Below, in pieces: positions 38,845 through 51,934 of a stretch of 64,000 bases of DNA. Source of the stretch: Octopus vulgaris (taxonomy: Eukaryota); the NCBI GenBank assembly GCA_951406725.2, contig OX597824.1, positions 21,142,001-21,206,000 on the forward strand, written 5' to 3'. The position numbers and the translations under genes were made by a program. The notes below the pieces were generated by a model. The model searched no databases. It was given only the letters and a program-made list of their open reading frames with translations, and was not told the DNA's origin. The number at the start of each line of letters is the position of its first letter. The stretch's first letter is position 1.

Positions 38845-38889
<45 letters not shown>

Positions 38890-38953
38890 CATGCAAACAC
38901 ACTGATGGAAATATACAGATGCATGTATGTAAACATTTATATATACACACGCC

Positions 38954-38989
<36 letters not shown>

Positions 38990-40034
38990 ACACACATATA
39001 TTTATACTTTAAGTGACTCTGAATGATGTTTAATTATCTGTCTTATTTGACATTTAGAAAAGCTACAAGCAATCGTCTTTTTTTTCTTCTTATATTTGTC
39101 TACAATGATATTTCCATTTTTGTGCCATTTTATTGCGAGGGGAGTTTACACAGAACAATTGGTAAATAACACTCACGTACAGATATCATTTACACCACAA
39201 TTAGAAACAACGCAGCCTCTGAGTGTTTGCACTCAACCCGCTAGAAATAACAGTCAGATTTTGGACTCAAACTTAAAGCATACATGACATATTAGATTAT
39301 GAAACCCGAGGGATTTATCATCATTATTTAACATCTTTGTACCATGCTGGCATGGGTCAAATGCTTTGACAAGATGTGAGGTGTCCAAGGATGGCATCAT
39401 GGTCCAGTTTTGTTTAGGCAGGGTTTCTATTGCTGGATGCACTTCCTAATCCCAAGCCCTTGGTACTGGCCCCTTTTTTTGTAGCACCAGCACTTGTGAA
39501 GTTACCATACAGCTTGAAAAACTATGAACTTCAAGGGAACAGCTTCACATGAGGAGATGAAGAGAAAAGGTTTGAGAACAGGGTAAAGGTCAAAGTTACT
39601 TCTCGAGCCAGGCCGACACATAAGGGCTGGATCCTTGGTTTTCATGGTGTATAAGTTCCCCACCTGGATGGGATGCTGGCCCATTGCAGGATTACTCATT
39701 TTTGTCCGCTGAGTGGAATGGAGCACCTTGTACTGGAATTGAAACCACAATCTTACGGTCATGAGTCTAACAACCTAACCAGACAGACAGACACACACAC
39801 ACACATATGTACACACACACACACACACACATACACACACATAAGTGAATGCCCACAAACACCCACACGCACAAACATATTTATACAACAGGCTTCATTC
39901 AGTTTCTTATTTCTTTACTCTGCCCATAAGGGGCTACACACAGAGGAGACAAACAAGGACAAACAAACGGATTAAGTCGATTATATTGACCCCAGTGCGT
40001 AACTGGTACTTATTTAATTGACCCCGAAAAGGTG

Positions 40035-40525
40035 CCATGTATTTGGTTTTGTACATAGTGTTGTTCTAGAGAATGTTTAAGAAGCCATAAGAAAATTACG
40101 TTTGTTTTAAAACTTGAGATTACATAGACAGTATTTTATGTAGGATATGGACAGTTCCCATGAGCACTATCTTTTGAATTTCTGCCATTTTGAGGTTTCC
40201 TGGTATCTGAGCTAGATAGCAATAGTCCCTTTTGCTATCATCCCCAGGGCACCTATGACAACAGGTATTGTTTTAGTCTTCAGGTTCCACATTTTGCTAA
40301 TATCTATTTCAAGATCTTTATATTTGCTCAGTTTTTGGTAGGTCTTGACAGATATGTTTATATCGATTGGGACAGTCATATCAATGAGGAGGCATGATTT
40401 TTGTCTGAAGTCTTTCAATATAATGTCTGATCTATTTGCATCTATCTTTCTGTCAGTTTGAATGGTGAAGTTCCAGAGGAGTGAGATGTGATCATTTTCA
40501 AGTGCTGGGGGTGGTTTGTGTTCCC
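40035..40525 (-). mobile_element. 5'-truncated R4/Dong-like non-LTR element (restriction-like endonuclease C-terminus)
   Basis: LLWNFTIQTDRKIDANRSDIIL..CLLIDMTVP..KLSKYKDL..IPVVIGALG..EIQKIVLMGTVHIL. Confidence 0.85.
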
Positions 40526-40609
40526 TATTATTATTATTTCTCTTTATCACAGGTTTTATTTGAACCCTTTCTCATCATCATCATTGTCGTTATTGTCATC
40601 GTCATCGTT

Positions 40610-41240
40610 GTTGTCATTGTTTAACGTCTGCTTTCCATTCTGGCATGGGTTGGACAGTTTGACTGGGGTCTGAGAAGCCAGGAGGCTGCACCAGGCTCCA
40701 GTCTGATCTGGCAGTGTTTCTACAGCTGGATGCCCTTCCTAACACCAACCACTCTGTGAGTGTGCTGGGTGCTTTTTACATGCCACTGGAATGGGAGCCA
40801 GTCAGGTAGCACTGGAATAGACCACACTCGAATGGTGCTTTTTATGTGTCACCAGCCCAGTGGTGCCAGTCAGGCAGTACTGACATCGACCATGCTCAAA
40901 TGATGCTTTTTGTGTGCCACTGGCATGGGAGCCAGTCAGGCAGCACTGGCATTGGCCACGCTCAAATGGTGCTTTTTACATGCCACCAGCACGAGTGCCA
41001 GTCAGGTGGCACTGACATTGACCATGCTCAAATGGTGCCTTTTGTGTGCCACTAGCATGGGTGCCACTGGCGTGGGTGCCAGTCAGGTGGCACTGGTATC
41101 AGCCATGCTCAAATAGCACTGTTTATGTGCCACCAGCATAGGAACCAGTCAGACAGCACTGACATTAACCATGCTTGAATGGTGCTTTTTACATACCACC
41201 AGCATACCACAGGAGCCAGTCAGACAGGATTGGCATCAAT
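40610..41240 (-). mobile_element. RTE 3' UTR with ~8 tandem ~60-bp units
   Basis: GGTGCTTTTTA(C/T)GTGCCAC..GCCAGTCAGG..CACTGGCAT..CCATGCTCAAAT repeats after a (CAT)n tail. Confidence 0.8.
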
Positions 41241-42485
41241 AAAACATAATACCAGTCAAATACTGGGGTCGATGTAATCAACTAACCCCAACTCCAACCT
41301 AGAATTGCTGACCTTGGGTCAAAATTTCAAACAACTATTATAATCCGGTAATGGATTAGAATGAAAACAATATCCCTTGTTAGCTTGTTTGTAAACATGT
41401 TGGCTGTGTGTATAGGTGGATCAAACTGTGAAAGTACCCCAGATTTCGATGAGGGTGTATTACAGATGTTAGTTGATAGAAAAAACATATCAGTCAGCTT
41501 AGAGTTTTAATAATAACAATGTGGTATTTACTCTGTAAGCCGCTAAATATCTAGCAACTGGTTGGTTTGGTTTGTACAGATGGTCAGTTCTGGTGTGACA
41601 GTAAAATGTTTGACAAAGGAGAACTGATGGTATGTCGAGGTGGAAGGGTTCCGTTGCAGTAATTGAAAGTAATAACGAGAGAGAGAGAGAGAGGGGTGGT
41701 GGGAAGAGGTGGGTAAGGTGTGAGAGAGGGAGGGATTGGAGAGTGGGAGTGGGAGGAGGGGGAGGAGGGCAAGTGAGGTAGAAAGAGAGAGAGACATTGA
41801 GGCGTTTGAGATTTGTAGATAGTGAGAAGGAATGAAGTGGTAAAGAGAAAGAGATATATAGAAAGACAGAGAGAGAGAGAGGTGGAGAGAGGGAGAAAGA
41901 AAGAAGGAGAGGGTCATAAACAACCAAAACTCTGTCATGCGGGAGGGGTGTGTGGAAGAGAGAGGGTGGAGTAGTGAAAAACAGGGGAGGAGGAGGAGTG
42001 AAAGAAAGAGGAGGAAAAGTGAAAGAGGGAAGAGTGAAAGAGTAAGGAGGAGGAAGAGAGAAAGAGAGAGGGAGAGGGAGAGGGGATGAGAGGTAAAGAG
42101 GGAGGAGGAGGAGGAGGAGGAAGAGAGAGATAGCAGAGAGAGAGGGAGGAGAGACGAAGAGAGAGCAAGAGGGGGAGAGACGAAGAGAGAGAGGGAGAGA
42201 CAAAGAGAGAGAGTGGGAGAGACGAAGAGAGAGAGTGAGAGAGACGAAGAGAGAGGTACACACACACACACACACAGAAAAGCAGGGATACTAGAAGAGA
42301 GAAAACTGATAATGTTCCTGGAGCAAAACAATGAAATCCATTTAATTCAAATGGAGAAACAGAAAATGTAGGACAGACAGAGAGCCATTATTAGAAATAC
42401 AGGGAAACTGTGAAATAGAGGGTGTGTCTGTAAAAGAGGAATTGAGGGCCTGGGAACCAGGAGAGGAACTGACCAAGAAGAATCC

Positions 42486-42893
42486 ATGAAACTCCGACGT
42501 CTGGCAGCTGACTTGGCAGACACCCATAAAATTATCAACCATCACACAAACAATAACTCTGAGCACCTCTTCAAACTCCACCCATCTAACACCCGTGGAC
42601 ATATTTACAAAGTAAGAAAACAGCACAGCTCCCATGACTTCAGGAAACATTTTTTCACGCTGAGAGTTGCTGAAGCGTGGAACAAACTGCCGGCATCGAT
42701 TGTTAGTTGTCGGAGCACTGCATCCTTCAAAACTTCCATGCTTCCTGAGATTCGCCAACACTACACTTGATACACACACAAGCATGTTCACTTTCCAGAC
42801 ATTTCTACATTACTGCATGTACTTTATATGCACTTTCTGACAAGTTGTGGTGCACCTGAGCACTGTATACAATAATTTCATTATTATTATTAC

Positions 42894-42928
<35 letters not shown>
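42486..42928 (+). mobile_element. CR1-like LINE 3' end with (ATT)n tail
   Basis: KLRRLAADLADTHKII..SNTRGHIYKVRKQHSSHDFRKHFFTLRVAEAWNKLP. Confidence 0.88.
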
Positions 42929-42929
<1 letters not shown>

Positions 42930-44389
42930 AATTCCAATCTTTCTATCGAAGAACATTTCTTTGGTCGACGCCACATCAACTGCATAATTCTTTTATTCTG
43001 TTATTTGTCTCAGTCACTTGACTGTGGCCATGCTGGAGCACCGCCTTTAGTCGAATAAATTGACCCCAGAACTTATTCTTTGCAAGCTCGGTACTTATTC
43101 TATCGGTCTCTTTTGCTGAACTGCTAAGTTACAGGGACGTAAACACACCAATGCTAAGTTTACAGGGATGTAGACAAGGTGCCTTGAGTTGGGGCAGGAA
43201 ATAAAGGGATGCAGAAAAGAGTGGAGGGGCCAGCAGTAAAGATGATACAATTGTCAGGGAGGAGGATAAGAGGAAAGAATGATATGGTTGGGGATGTGCA
43301 AGAGCCAGAGGTGGGGAAGGCGTGCAGTGAGAGGAGGTAGGTCTAATGGATGGGAGGCAGGGATCAGTCTCTGTAACATGGGTGGAGAGCACAATACATA
43401 ACATTTCCAGAACTCATGTATATATGAGATGAGGATCAAATAGATCTCGGTAAATTAAATTAAGACCACCTCCGTTCATCTTAGAGCAACAGGATACTCC
43501 AAAAGAATACATAAATATTGCCGATCTTTCAACTGGTCGGTATTGTGGTCTATGCAGTGTAAAACAGTTGTTTACTGATCTCAGGCATCCTGTAAAATTC
43601 ATGTAATGATCAACGGTATTGGTATGTATTATACAGTGTATCATTTAGTAAACAATAAAGAATGGATAATTCAAAACATCACTACATGTGTTTCAAAAGC
43701 ATGGTTATTTATTAGTAATGCTAAATAATAATATGTAATTAAACACTGTTGGAGAGGTTGTTGTATTTTGCCAACTGAAGACTGAACATCATCTGATGAA
43801 ATGGAATGGTTACACAACAATGCAGAATTATGCAATGCTATATAATGCACCTTGCATTGTTGAGAAAAACTACACCTTTCTTATTTATTTACTATGAATG
43901 AATGAATATTTACTATGAATGAATGAATGTATATTATATATAAATATATATCTTCTTTCACCTTGTTGTACTCATTTCAGTCATTAGACTGTGACCATGC
44001 TGGGGCATTGCCTTGAAAGGTATAGTCAAACAACCCAGTACTTATTTTTGAAGCCTTGTACTTATTATATTACTCTCTATTACTGAACTGCTAAGTGATG
44101 GGGACATAAAGAAGCCAACAACGATTGTCAAGCAGTGGTGAGTGACAAGCACAAATACAGACACACATGCACTCATAAACACATGCACACATACACACAC
44201 ATACACACACACACATACATATATATGATGGGTCTCTTTCAGCTTCCATCTGCCAAATTCACTCATTAGGCTTTGGTTGGCCCCTGAGGCTATTGTAGAA
44301 GACACTTGCCCAAGGACTACATGGTGTGTCAGGACCTGTGAAGCAAATTTCTTACCTTACAGCCACCCCCACACCTATATATATCGTCT

Positions 44390-44722
44390 TAATGATACTT
44401 GTGCTGGTGGCACATGAGAAAACATTCGAGCGAGGTCGTTGCCAGTGCCACTGGACTGGCTCCTGTGCAGGTGGCATGTAAAAAAACACCATTTGAGTGT
44501 GGCCATTGCCAGTACCATCTGACTGGCCCTCATGCCATTGGCACGTAAAAGCACCCACTACACTCTCGGAGTGGTTGGCATTAGGAAGGGCATCCAGCTG
44601 TAGAAATTCTGCCAGATCAGACTGGAGCCTGGTGCAGCCGTCTGGTTCGCCAGACATCAGTCAAATTGTCCAACCCATGCTAGCATGGAAAGCGGATATT
44701 AAAACGATGACGATGATGATGA
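44390..44722 (+). mobile_element. RTE 3' UTR fragment
   Basis: Tandem units plus (GAT)n tail. Confidence 0.8.
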
Positions 44723-44860
44723 TATAGGTGTGGGAGTGTGTGTGTGTGAGAGAGAGAGAGTGTGTGTGTGTGTGTGTGTGTGAGAGTGTGTGTGTGTGTG
44801 TGTTTTTCACCAATGCATTGCACTGAAAAGCCATTTGAAAGAAAACCAAAAACCTTGTAC

Positions 44861-44975
44861 CTTTTAATAAAAAATGCCCTGCATGGTATTCGTCTTACAC
44901 TGAATGGTTCAGATGATCCCAAGTCAATTGTTGGCATCAGAAATGCAGTAAACCAGTGAATAACTCGTTGGAAAC
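44861..44975 (-). other. Candidate spliced exon (115 nt) of an unidentified host gene
   Basis: ttggttgcag|GTTTCC...TTAAAAG|gtacaa; one open frame FQRVIHWFTAFLMPTIDLGSSEPFSVRRIPCRAFFIK; no recognised homologue. Confidence 0.3.
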
Positions 44976-45201
44976 CTGCAACCAACTATGTTATCATTCA
45001 CCATTAGTGATTCAAAATAAAAGAAGCCAACTAAAAACTGGAACTGGGTTAAATAATTTATAAATTCTATTAGTTTTAACATATATAATGCTTGGAGAAT
45101 AGAAAATATCTAATCAAAAATTATGTAAGAGAAAAAAAGAAAGAAAATAATGTTTGTTAATGATTAATATTATTTTTACAGTCTCTGGCCAAGTGTGAAA
45201 G

Positions 45202-45250
45202 ATGACTCAGGACATGTTTTAGCCTTATTCTGATCTCATCACTGAATCAT
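45202..45250 (-). ncRNA. Decayed hammerhead fold
   Basis: Reverse complement ATGATTCAG-TGATGA-...-TAAAAC-AT-GTC-CTGAGTCAT: 9-bp helix I intact, C3 missing, G12 mutated. Confidence 0.45.
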
Positions 45251-45813
45251 GACCATTTTCTCATATATGCTGAACTAGTGATGATATAATCACTAAGTGA
45301 ATATACATGAGTGTATGTTTATTAACAAGGCAAAATCACAACAGGTGTCACTAAGAATGGTTTCAAATTTTAGCACAAGGCCAGCAATTTCGAGGGTGGG
45401 GTTATGTTGATTATTTTGACCCCAACCAAGTGTTCAACTGGGACTTAATTTATCAATCTCAAAAGGATGAAAAGCAGAGTCAACCTCAACGGAAGTTGAA
45501 CTTAGAACATAAAGATGGATAAATTGTTGCTAACCATTTTGCAGCAATATTCAAACAATTCTGCCAGCTCATCTCTTTAGGTATACTCTCTTTACTCTTT
45601 TAATTGTTTCAGTCATTTGACTGCGGCCATGCTGGAGCAATGCCTTTAGTCGAGCAAATCGACCCCAGGACTCATTCTTTGTAAGCCTAGTTACTGAACT
45701 GCCATGTTACGGGGATGTAAACATGCCTGAACTGCCATGTTACGGGGATGTAAACTCACCACCATCGGTTGTCAAGCAATGTTGGGGGGACAAACACAGA
45801 CACACAAACATAT

Positions 45814-45882
<69 letters not shown>

Positions 45883-45974
45883 CATACATACATATATATA
45901 TATATACACACACATATATATATATACATACATACATATATATATATATACACACACATATATATATATACATA

Positions 45975-46032
<58 letters not shown>

Positions 46033-46037
<5 letters not shown>

Positions 46038-46853
46038 TCAAGTAGATTTCGGCATGTAAAAGCCCCATTCGAGGAAAATTTAAGTAATACTAAGTAATTA
46101 AGGGTTTAGCAACAAATTGCCTCACCAACACACCGAATTTAGAAATAGCAGTCAAAGAGATATAGCTATTCCTTCTACTAAAAGGGGGATCTCAGTAAAA
46201 ACACAGCACTTGAAAGGCAAACACAGACAGGTAAGAAAGAAAGAATGAAATGACGGCAATCCATCATACAATTTTAAGTTACCTACGGACGTACGTTTCG
46301 AAATCAAGTTTTAGGAAAGCATAAGAATTAGAAAATTCTACCTTACCCAAACTTTATTGTTACTGATAACCATATTTTATCCCAGTAAATGACCGCAGCA
46401 TTTTGTCTTGGCTACACGCGGGTGGAAGGGGGCTGGTGACACAAACTTTCATTCACACTTTGAATTTCGTGGTACTGGTCATGCTTTGGTTCGCTCTGAC
46501 ACTGAGTTGAGATAATGCCTTCTAGTATCTCAAAATTTAATATACAATTATTCATAATTGTAGTATCCTGCGCCGATGAGAAAAGAAGTTTGGGTAAGGT
46601 AGAATTTTCTAATTCTTATGCTTTCCTAAAACTTGATTTCGAAACGTACGTCCGTAGGTAACTTAAAATTGTATGATGGATTGCCGTCATTTCATTCTTT
46701 CTTTCTTACCTGTCTGTGTTTGCCTTTCAAGTGCTGTGTTTTTACTGAGATCCCCCTTTTAGTAGAAGGAATAGCTATATCTCTTTGACTGCTATTTCTA
46801 AATTCGGTGTGTTGGTGAGGCAATTCGTTGCTAAACCCTTAATTACTTAGTAT
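46033..46853 (+). mobile_element. Penelope-like element remnant with inverted pseudo-LTR, inserted in (TA)n of a SINE B copy (45585-47010)
   Basis: 268-bp inverted repeat 46087-46354 / 46586-46853 (one mismatch seen); hammerhead at 46567-46658. Confidence 0.7.
46567..46658 (+). ncRNA. Type I hammerhead ribozyme, extended helix II, U4C core variant
   Basis: CCTGCG/CGTAGG helix I; CCGATGA; GAAA..AAGTTT..//..AAACTT..TTTC helix II; GAAAC-GTAC-GTC. Confidence 0.7.
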
Positions 46854-47799
46854 ATATATATATATATATAAATATATACATACATATATATAACATGGGC
46901 TTCTTTCAGTTTCCGTCTACCAAATCCACTCAGAAGGCTTTGTTCGGCCCGAGGCTACAGTAGAAGACACCTGTCCACAGTGCCAAGCAGTGGGATTGAA
47001 CCCGGAACATGTAACTTCTTTCAAACTGCCATTCATAAACATGGAAGATTTATGTTAAAATCTGGATTTGGAACTTGTAGTCATTTAAGCATGAATTCCA
47101 GAATTGCAGGCCTTGCGTTTATGGAGGGAAATTCCACTGAGTATCTCAGAAGCATACGTTCTTGTTCTTGTCTTTTTTCAGGTTGTTCCGAACAAGATAT
47201 TCCGAGCATCGGAACATACCATACTCTGAAGATGAGGTGAATAACAATGAAGAATATGAGTGGTCGAAATGCATGCAATTTTCTGTCTTTACACTCACAC
47301 ACACAAGCACACACACACACACACCCATGCACGCACACACACAAGCATACGCACATGCACACACACACACATACACATGCATACACACACACATACACAT
47401 GCATACACACACAAGCACACACGCACATGCACACACATATACACCCATGCACACACACATGCACATGCACACACACACATACACATGCATACATACACAC
47501 ATACACATGCATACACACACAAGCACACATGCACATGCACACACATATACACCCATGCACACACACATATACACACGCATGTGCACACACACACACATAT
47601 ACACACACAGAACAGCAGTGAAAACTACTGCAAAATGCAATTTGCCTGATGGCTTGCAAAACATAGATTATTAATACCTTAATACCCTACATGAAAAGAT
47701 GTACCCCTATACAAAATGTCAGCTACTTAAATGCAAAAATATAGTCTACAACTTAGAACATTCATGCATACGTACTTTCATGCAAACATACATTCATAC

Positions 47800-48325
47800 A
47801 TACATATATGATGGCTGTCCACTCGTGACCAAGGAAGACCATTGCTGACCTTTAGGAACATTGTGCGCTCTAGGACTAACTTATATTTTGCATTTGTGGC
47901 TCCGTTGGTGGCTAATGAGCCCTGCCTTTGACAAGCATATACAACTGCAAACATTGCAAACCAAGCTTTCCCCATTCACTAAACCAGCAGTGCACTTTTG
48001 AGCAGCATGCTTAGATTCCTCATGCAGAATACGGGCTCTCTCAAAAGTTTCAACCCCCTCCTTAACCTGCTTCCTCCATCTGTGGCGATGACAGGCATTG
48101 CTCTCCCAGTCAGTCTCCTGCATATCACAGGCCTTTAATGAGGACTTGACACGGTCCTTAAATTGCAGCCTTTGTTTTTGCTGGGGTCTCTTTCCATTAA
48201 CAAGTTCCCCATATAGCATCTGCATAGGGACCCTGTTATCCTTCATTCTAATAAGGTGTCCAGTTCAACATAACCGGTGCTTGTGCACCATAGCCTCAAT
48301 ACTCAAGATATCAGTGTGTATGAAA
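47800..48325 (-). mobile_element. RTE/BovB-like LINE C-terminus with terminal C2H2 finger
   Basis: RVPMQMLYGELVNGKR..LQFKDRVKSSLK..WRKQVKEG..CNVCSCICLSKAGLISHQRSH. Confidence 0.85.
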
Positions 48326-48658
48326 ACGTTTGATCATATGATATGGATGCTCAGTTTGGACTGACTCGGGGTTAAATAACAAGATGAGGTGATCACAGTT
48401 TGAAAAGCTTTGACCACACAGTTGTACAGTTCAGGCTGACCTAGGGCTAAATAACAACAAGAACAAGATGGAATGGTCACAGTTGGAAAGCCCTTGAACA
48501 TGTAGCAGCTGTTCAATTTGCACTGACATGCAATTAAATGACAGCAATAACCACAACAACAATAAGGCAGGATAGTCATGGTTGGAAAGCCTTTGACCAT
48601 ATTCAATCATACAGTTGCTCAAACTGAGTTGACCTGGAGCTAAACAGCAACAACAACA

Positions 48659-49045
48659 GTGGAGGTGCAATGGCCCAATGGTTAGGGCAGCGGACTCGCC
48701 GTCGGAGGATCATGGTTTCGATTCCCAGACTGGACGTTGTGTGTGTTTATTGAGCGAAAACACCTAAAGCTCCACAAGGCTTTGGCAGGGGGTGGTGGCA
48801 ACCCCTGTTGTACTCTTTTGCTCCAACTTTCTCTCATTCTTTCTTCCTGTTTCTTGTCCCCGACTTCCTACGCAACCGCTGAGCCTGGATGCGCATTCAT
48901 CCATCCGTCGATGCTCTCGGTGTCAAGGGTTGACCTGCTTTCTCTTCTGCAGGTCTTACGAATAGCAAAGAACCACGTTTCGGACTTCTCCCACTCTGGG
49001 ACGAAGACCGCTTCACTCAACAAACAAACAAACAAACAAACAAAC
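48659..49045 (+). mobile_element. SINE family C with a different tail and (CAAA)n end
   Basis: Family-C head and body, then GTCCCCGACTTCCTACGCAACC... Confidence 0.8.
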
Positions 49046-50320
49046 AAGCAGCAACAACAAGAAAAGGTGAGATGATCAATGCTAGAAAATCTTTAATCAT
49101 ATGGATGCTCATTGTGGACCGACTCGGGGCTAAACACCAACGAATGATCCTTGGTGTATTTGATAGGAAACACAAAACCCTCTTAGATAGAGAATGTCGT
49201 GAGACAGAAAATTAAGATTTCTTAAACGAACAACTCTAATTACTTAATGACTAAAGTTGATTTTGGGGTAGAAATTGGTTTTATTTGATTTGAGTAAAAC
49301 AATACAATTTTTCCATTTATTGATAAATTTTAATGGTTATTCATTGTAATAAAAGTCTGTAGCTGTTTATAAAGAAGTTGAATAAAATCTGTTAAGGACA
49401 GAGTCTAAGTTGATTGAAGTTTTATCAGTTTTCTAGGTCAATCTTATTGAATGACAGAGAAGAATGTTGTTAAGTTATTGACTAAAGTTATGAGGCAAAT
49501 TATGTGACATACTTTCCCCCCCGACAAGTATGCTGGGAGTGGAATTGAAATTGCTTTTAAATGGGAATGCTTTGCAATCTTAGGAGTCAGGTGTAACATA
49601 CCTTGAATAGCTGAGAATGGGTGGGATATATGCATAAACATAATGAACAAATAATACCAAACTTAATGTTAGGTGTTCCCTTCTTTTACAAGGGAACTGA
49701 AGCATTGCTTTGAATGTGATTTTTTTCTCTCTCTTTTTTTTTTTCTCTTTTTTTTTTATTTTCTTATTTACCTTTGGACAATCCTGTCTGATAAAAGTTA
49801 GCTAAAACTGTTCAGGTAATAATGTCAATTATGTTTAAAAGCTTCAGTTCAGCTTTATTTGTTCATGCTGTGAGATCAAGAACAACGCAAGTTATGTTGG
49901 CTTTTTAAAACTTTTTGTTTTTCTTTTATAGCCAAAAAATACTTATTAAACAATGAAGTCAACCATGAAAAAAAATAAAATTTTTTAAAATGCTTGTAAA
50001 GTTTTGTGAATTATCGTACTATGTAAAACAGGAGAAATTTAACACAATTGGGCAGAACTCTTTGACAAAGTTATTTCGTTAGAAACCATTTTAGATTCTT
50101 GTTTCCTTCGCAGCAAAGTTATTTCTTCCACTTTGCTGATTTTAAATCGTCTTTTACTTGCTGCCAAAGAAGACCATCACTTGTGTCTTTGGATTCAATT
50201 GTTTTACCATGAAGAAAATTGTTCTTTTTCTGCAGGAGGTGAATTTAAAATACCATAAGGAGGCTGAAAACGATGCATGATAATGAAGATGGTGTACACT
50301 AGTGCAGATGGTACAAGATG

Positions 50321-50372
<52 letters not shown>

Positions 50373-51226
50373 CACACACATATATGTAAGTATATATGTA
50401 TGTATGTATGTATGTATGAATGTACGTATGTATGTATGTATGTATTGTTTGTATGTATGTATGTATGTATGTGTGTATGTATGTATGCATGCATGTATGT
50501 GTGCATGTGTGTATGTATGTATGTATGTATGTATGTATGTATGTATGTATGCATGCATGCATGTATGTATGTATGTATGTATGCATGCATGCATGCATGC
50601 ATGTATGTATGTATGTATGTATGTATGTATGTATGTATATAGGCCCATTGTGGGTAGTAAAGAAATAGGTATGTATATAGGCTACATGTTACCAGTAGCA
50701 CTTGAATGTGACCTGTTGCATGGTCGGGTCGTCGGTGACTAAACCGGCAACCCCACCAAGCTTGCTTGGTGAGGAGGGTGTTTATTGGACACCCTGCAGG
50801 ATGAAAAACAAGACCCATCAAAGGGCGGAGGAACTCTTGAGAGTCAACGGCCATCCAATAAATGTCTTTAGGCTGTATCATGTGCGGGGAAATAGAAATA
50901 ATCGGACTGAATACCCGATCGTGCGGTTAAACCATTGGGAGTGAAGGACTCCTAACCTTTGTTAGGGCATCCTTCTAGGAGAAGGTAACTCAGGTAACTG
51001 GGATAACTCTGACATAAAACCTGCAGCTCAGTGGTTACCGATGATGTTGACTTGTTCTTCTTTTCAGATTATGGCTTCTGTTGCTTAGTGAGTGGGATTG
51101 ACTCTGTGCACAGCCTTTCCTCACTTTAAAAAAATCTTCTTACACAGGCATTGCATGATAACAACATTGATTAAGCTTCGTACAATGGCCATACTCAATA
51201 ACGAGGGGGCAGCCACCATGTATATA

Positions 51227-51628
51227 GGCAAAGGAGTGGCTGTGTGGTAAGCAGCTTGCTTACCAACCACATGGTTCCGGGTTCAGTCCCACTGTGTGGC
51301 ATCTTGAACAAGTGTCTTCTACTACAGCCGCAGGCTGACCAAAGCCTTGTGAGTGGATTTGATAGATGGAAACTGAAAGAAGCCCGTCGTATATATGTAT
51401 ATATGTGTGTGTGTGTATGCTTGTGTGTCTGTGTTTGTCCCCCCAACATCGCTTGACAACCGATGCTGGTGTGTTTACATCCCCATAACTTAGTGGTTCA
51501 GCAAAAGAGACCAATAGAATAAGTACTAGGCTTACAAAGAATAAGTCCTGGTGTCGGTTTGCTCAACTAAAGGTGGTGTTCCAGCATGGCCACAGTCAAA
51601 TGACTGAAACAAGTAAAAGAGTAAAAGA

Positions 51629-51630
<2 letters not shown>
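51227..51630 (+). mobile_element. SINE family B, full length
   Basis: Consensus head to GTAAAAGAGTAAAAGAG tail. Confidence 0.88.
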
Positions 51631-51672
<42 letters not shown>

Positions 51673-51778
51673 GTTAGGCAATGGTTTAGAAATGAATCAC
51701 CAAAAAGGAAAACTATAATTGTTACTAGATATGGCAGGTGTTAGAACACCTACAATGCTAAGTGTTCTTTATATATAT

Positions 51779-51838
51779 ATCTTCCTAGTTAGCCTTCCTT
51801 TGACATTGCTGCACCTCTTTTGTGTCCATAGCTTACAC

Positions 51839-51874
<36 letters not shown>

Positions 51875-51934
51875 GTGTAAGCTATGGACACATAAGAGGT
51901 GCAGCAATGTCAAAGGAAGGCTAACTAGGAAGAT
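51779..51934. repeat. 156-bp near-perfect palindrome with (TA)15 centre
   Basis: Arm 51779-51841 is the reverse complement of 51872-51934 with 1 mismatch. Confidence 0.95.

Noticed and set aside
40780-41240. Repeat-spacer-like array resembling CRISPR
   Set aside because: The spacers are homologous to each other, there are no cas genes, the context is eukaryotic, and it is the RTE 3' UTR tandem repeat
41499-42331. 258/262-aa Leu/Ser/Pro-rich ORFs
   Set aside because: They are the antisense of a purine-rich (GA/GGA)n low-complexity tract
50690-51215. Possible LINE 5' UTR with an HDV-like ribozyme
   Set aside because: It looks like an RTE-type 5' region, but I could not build the nested double pseudoknot by eye; needs an Infernal/RNArobo search
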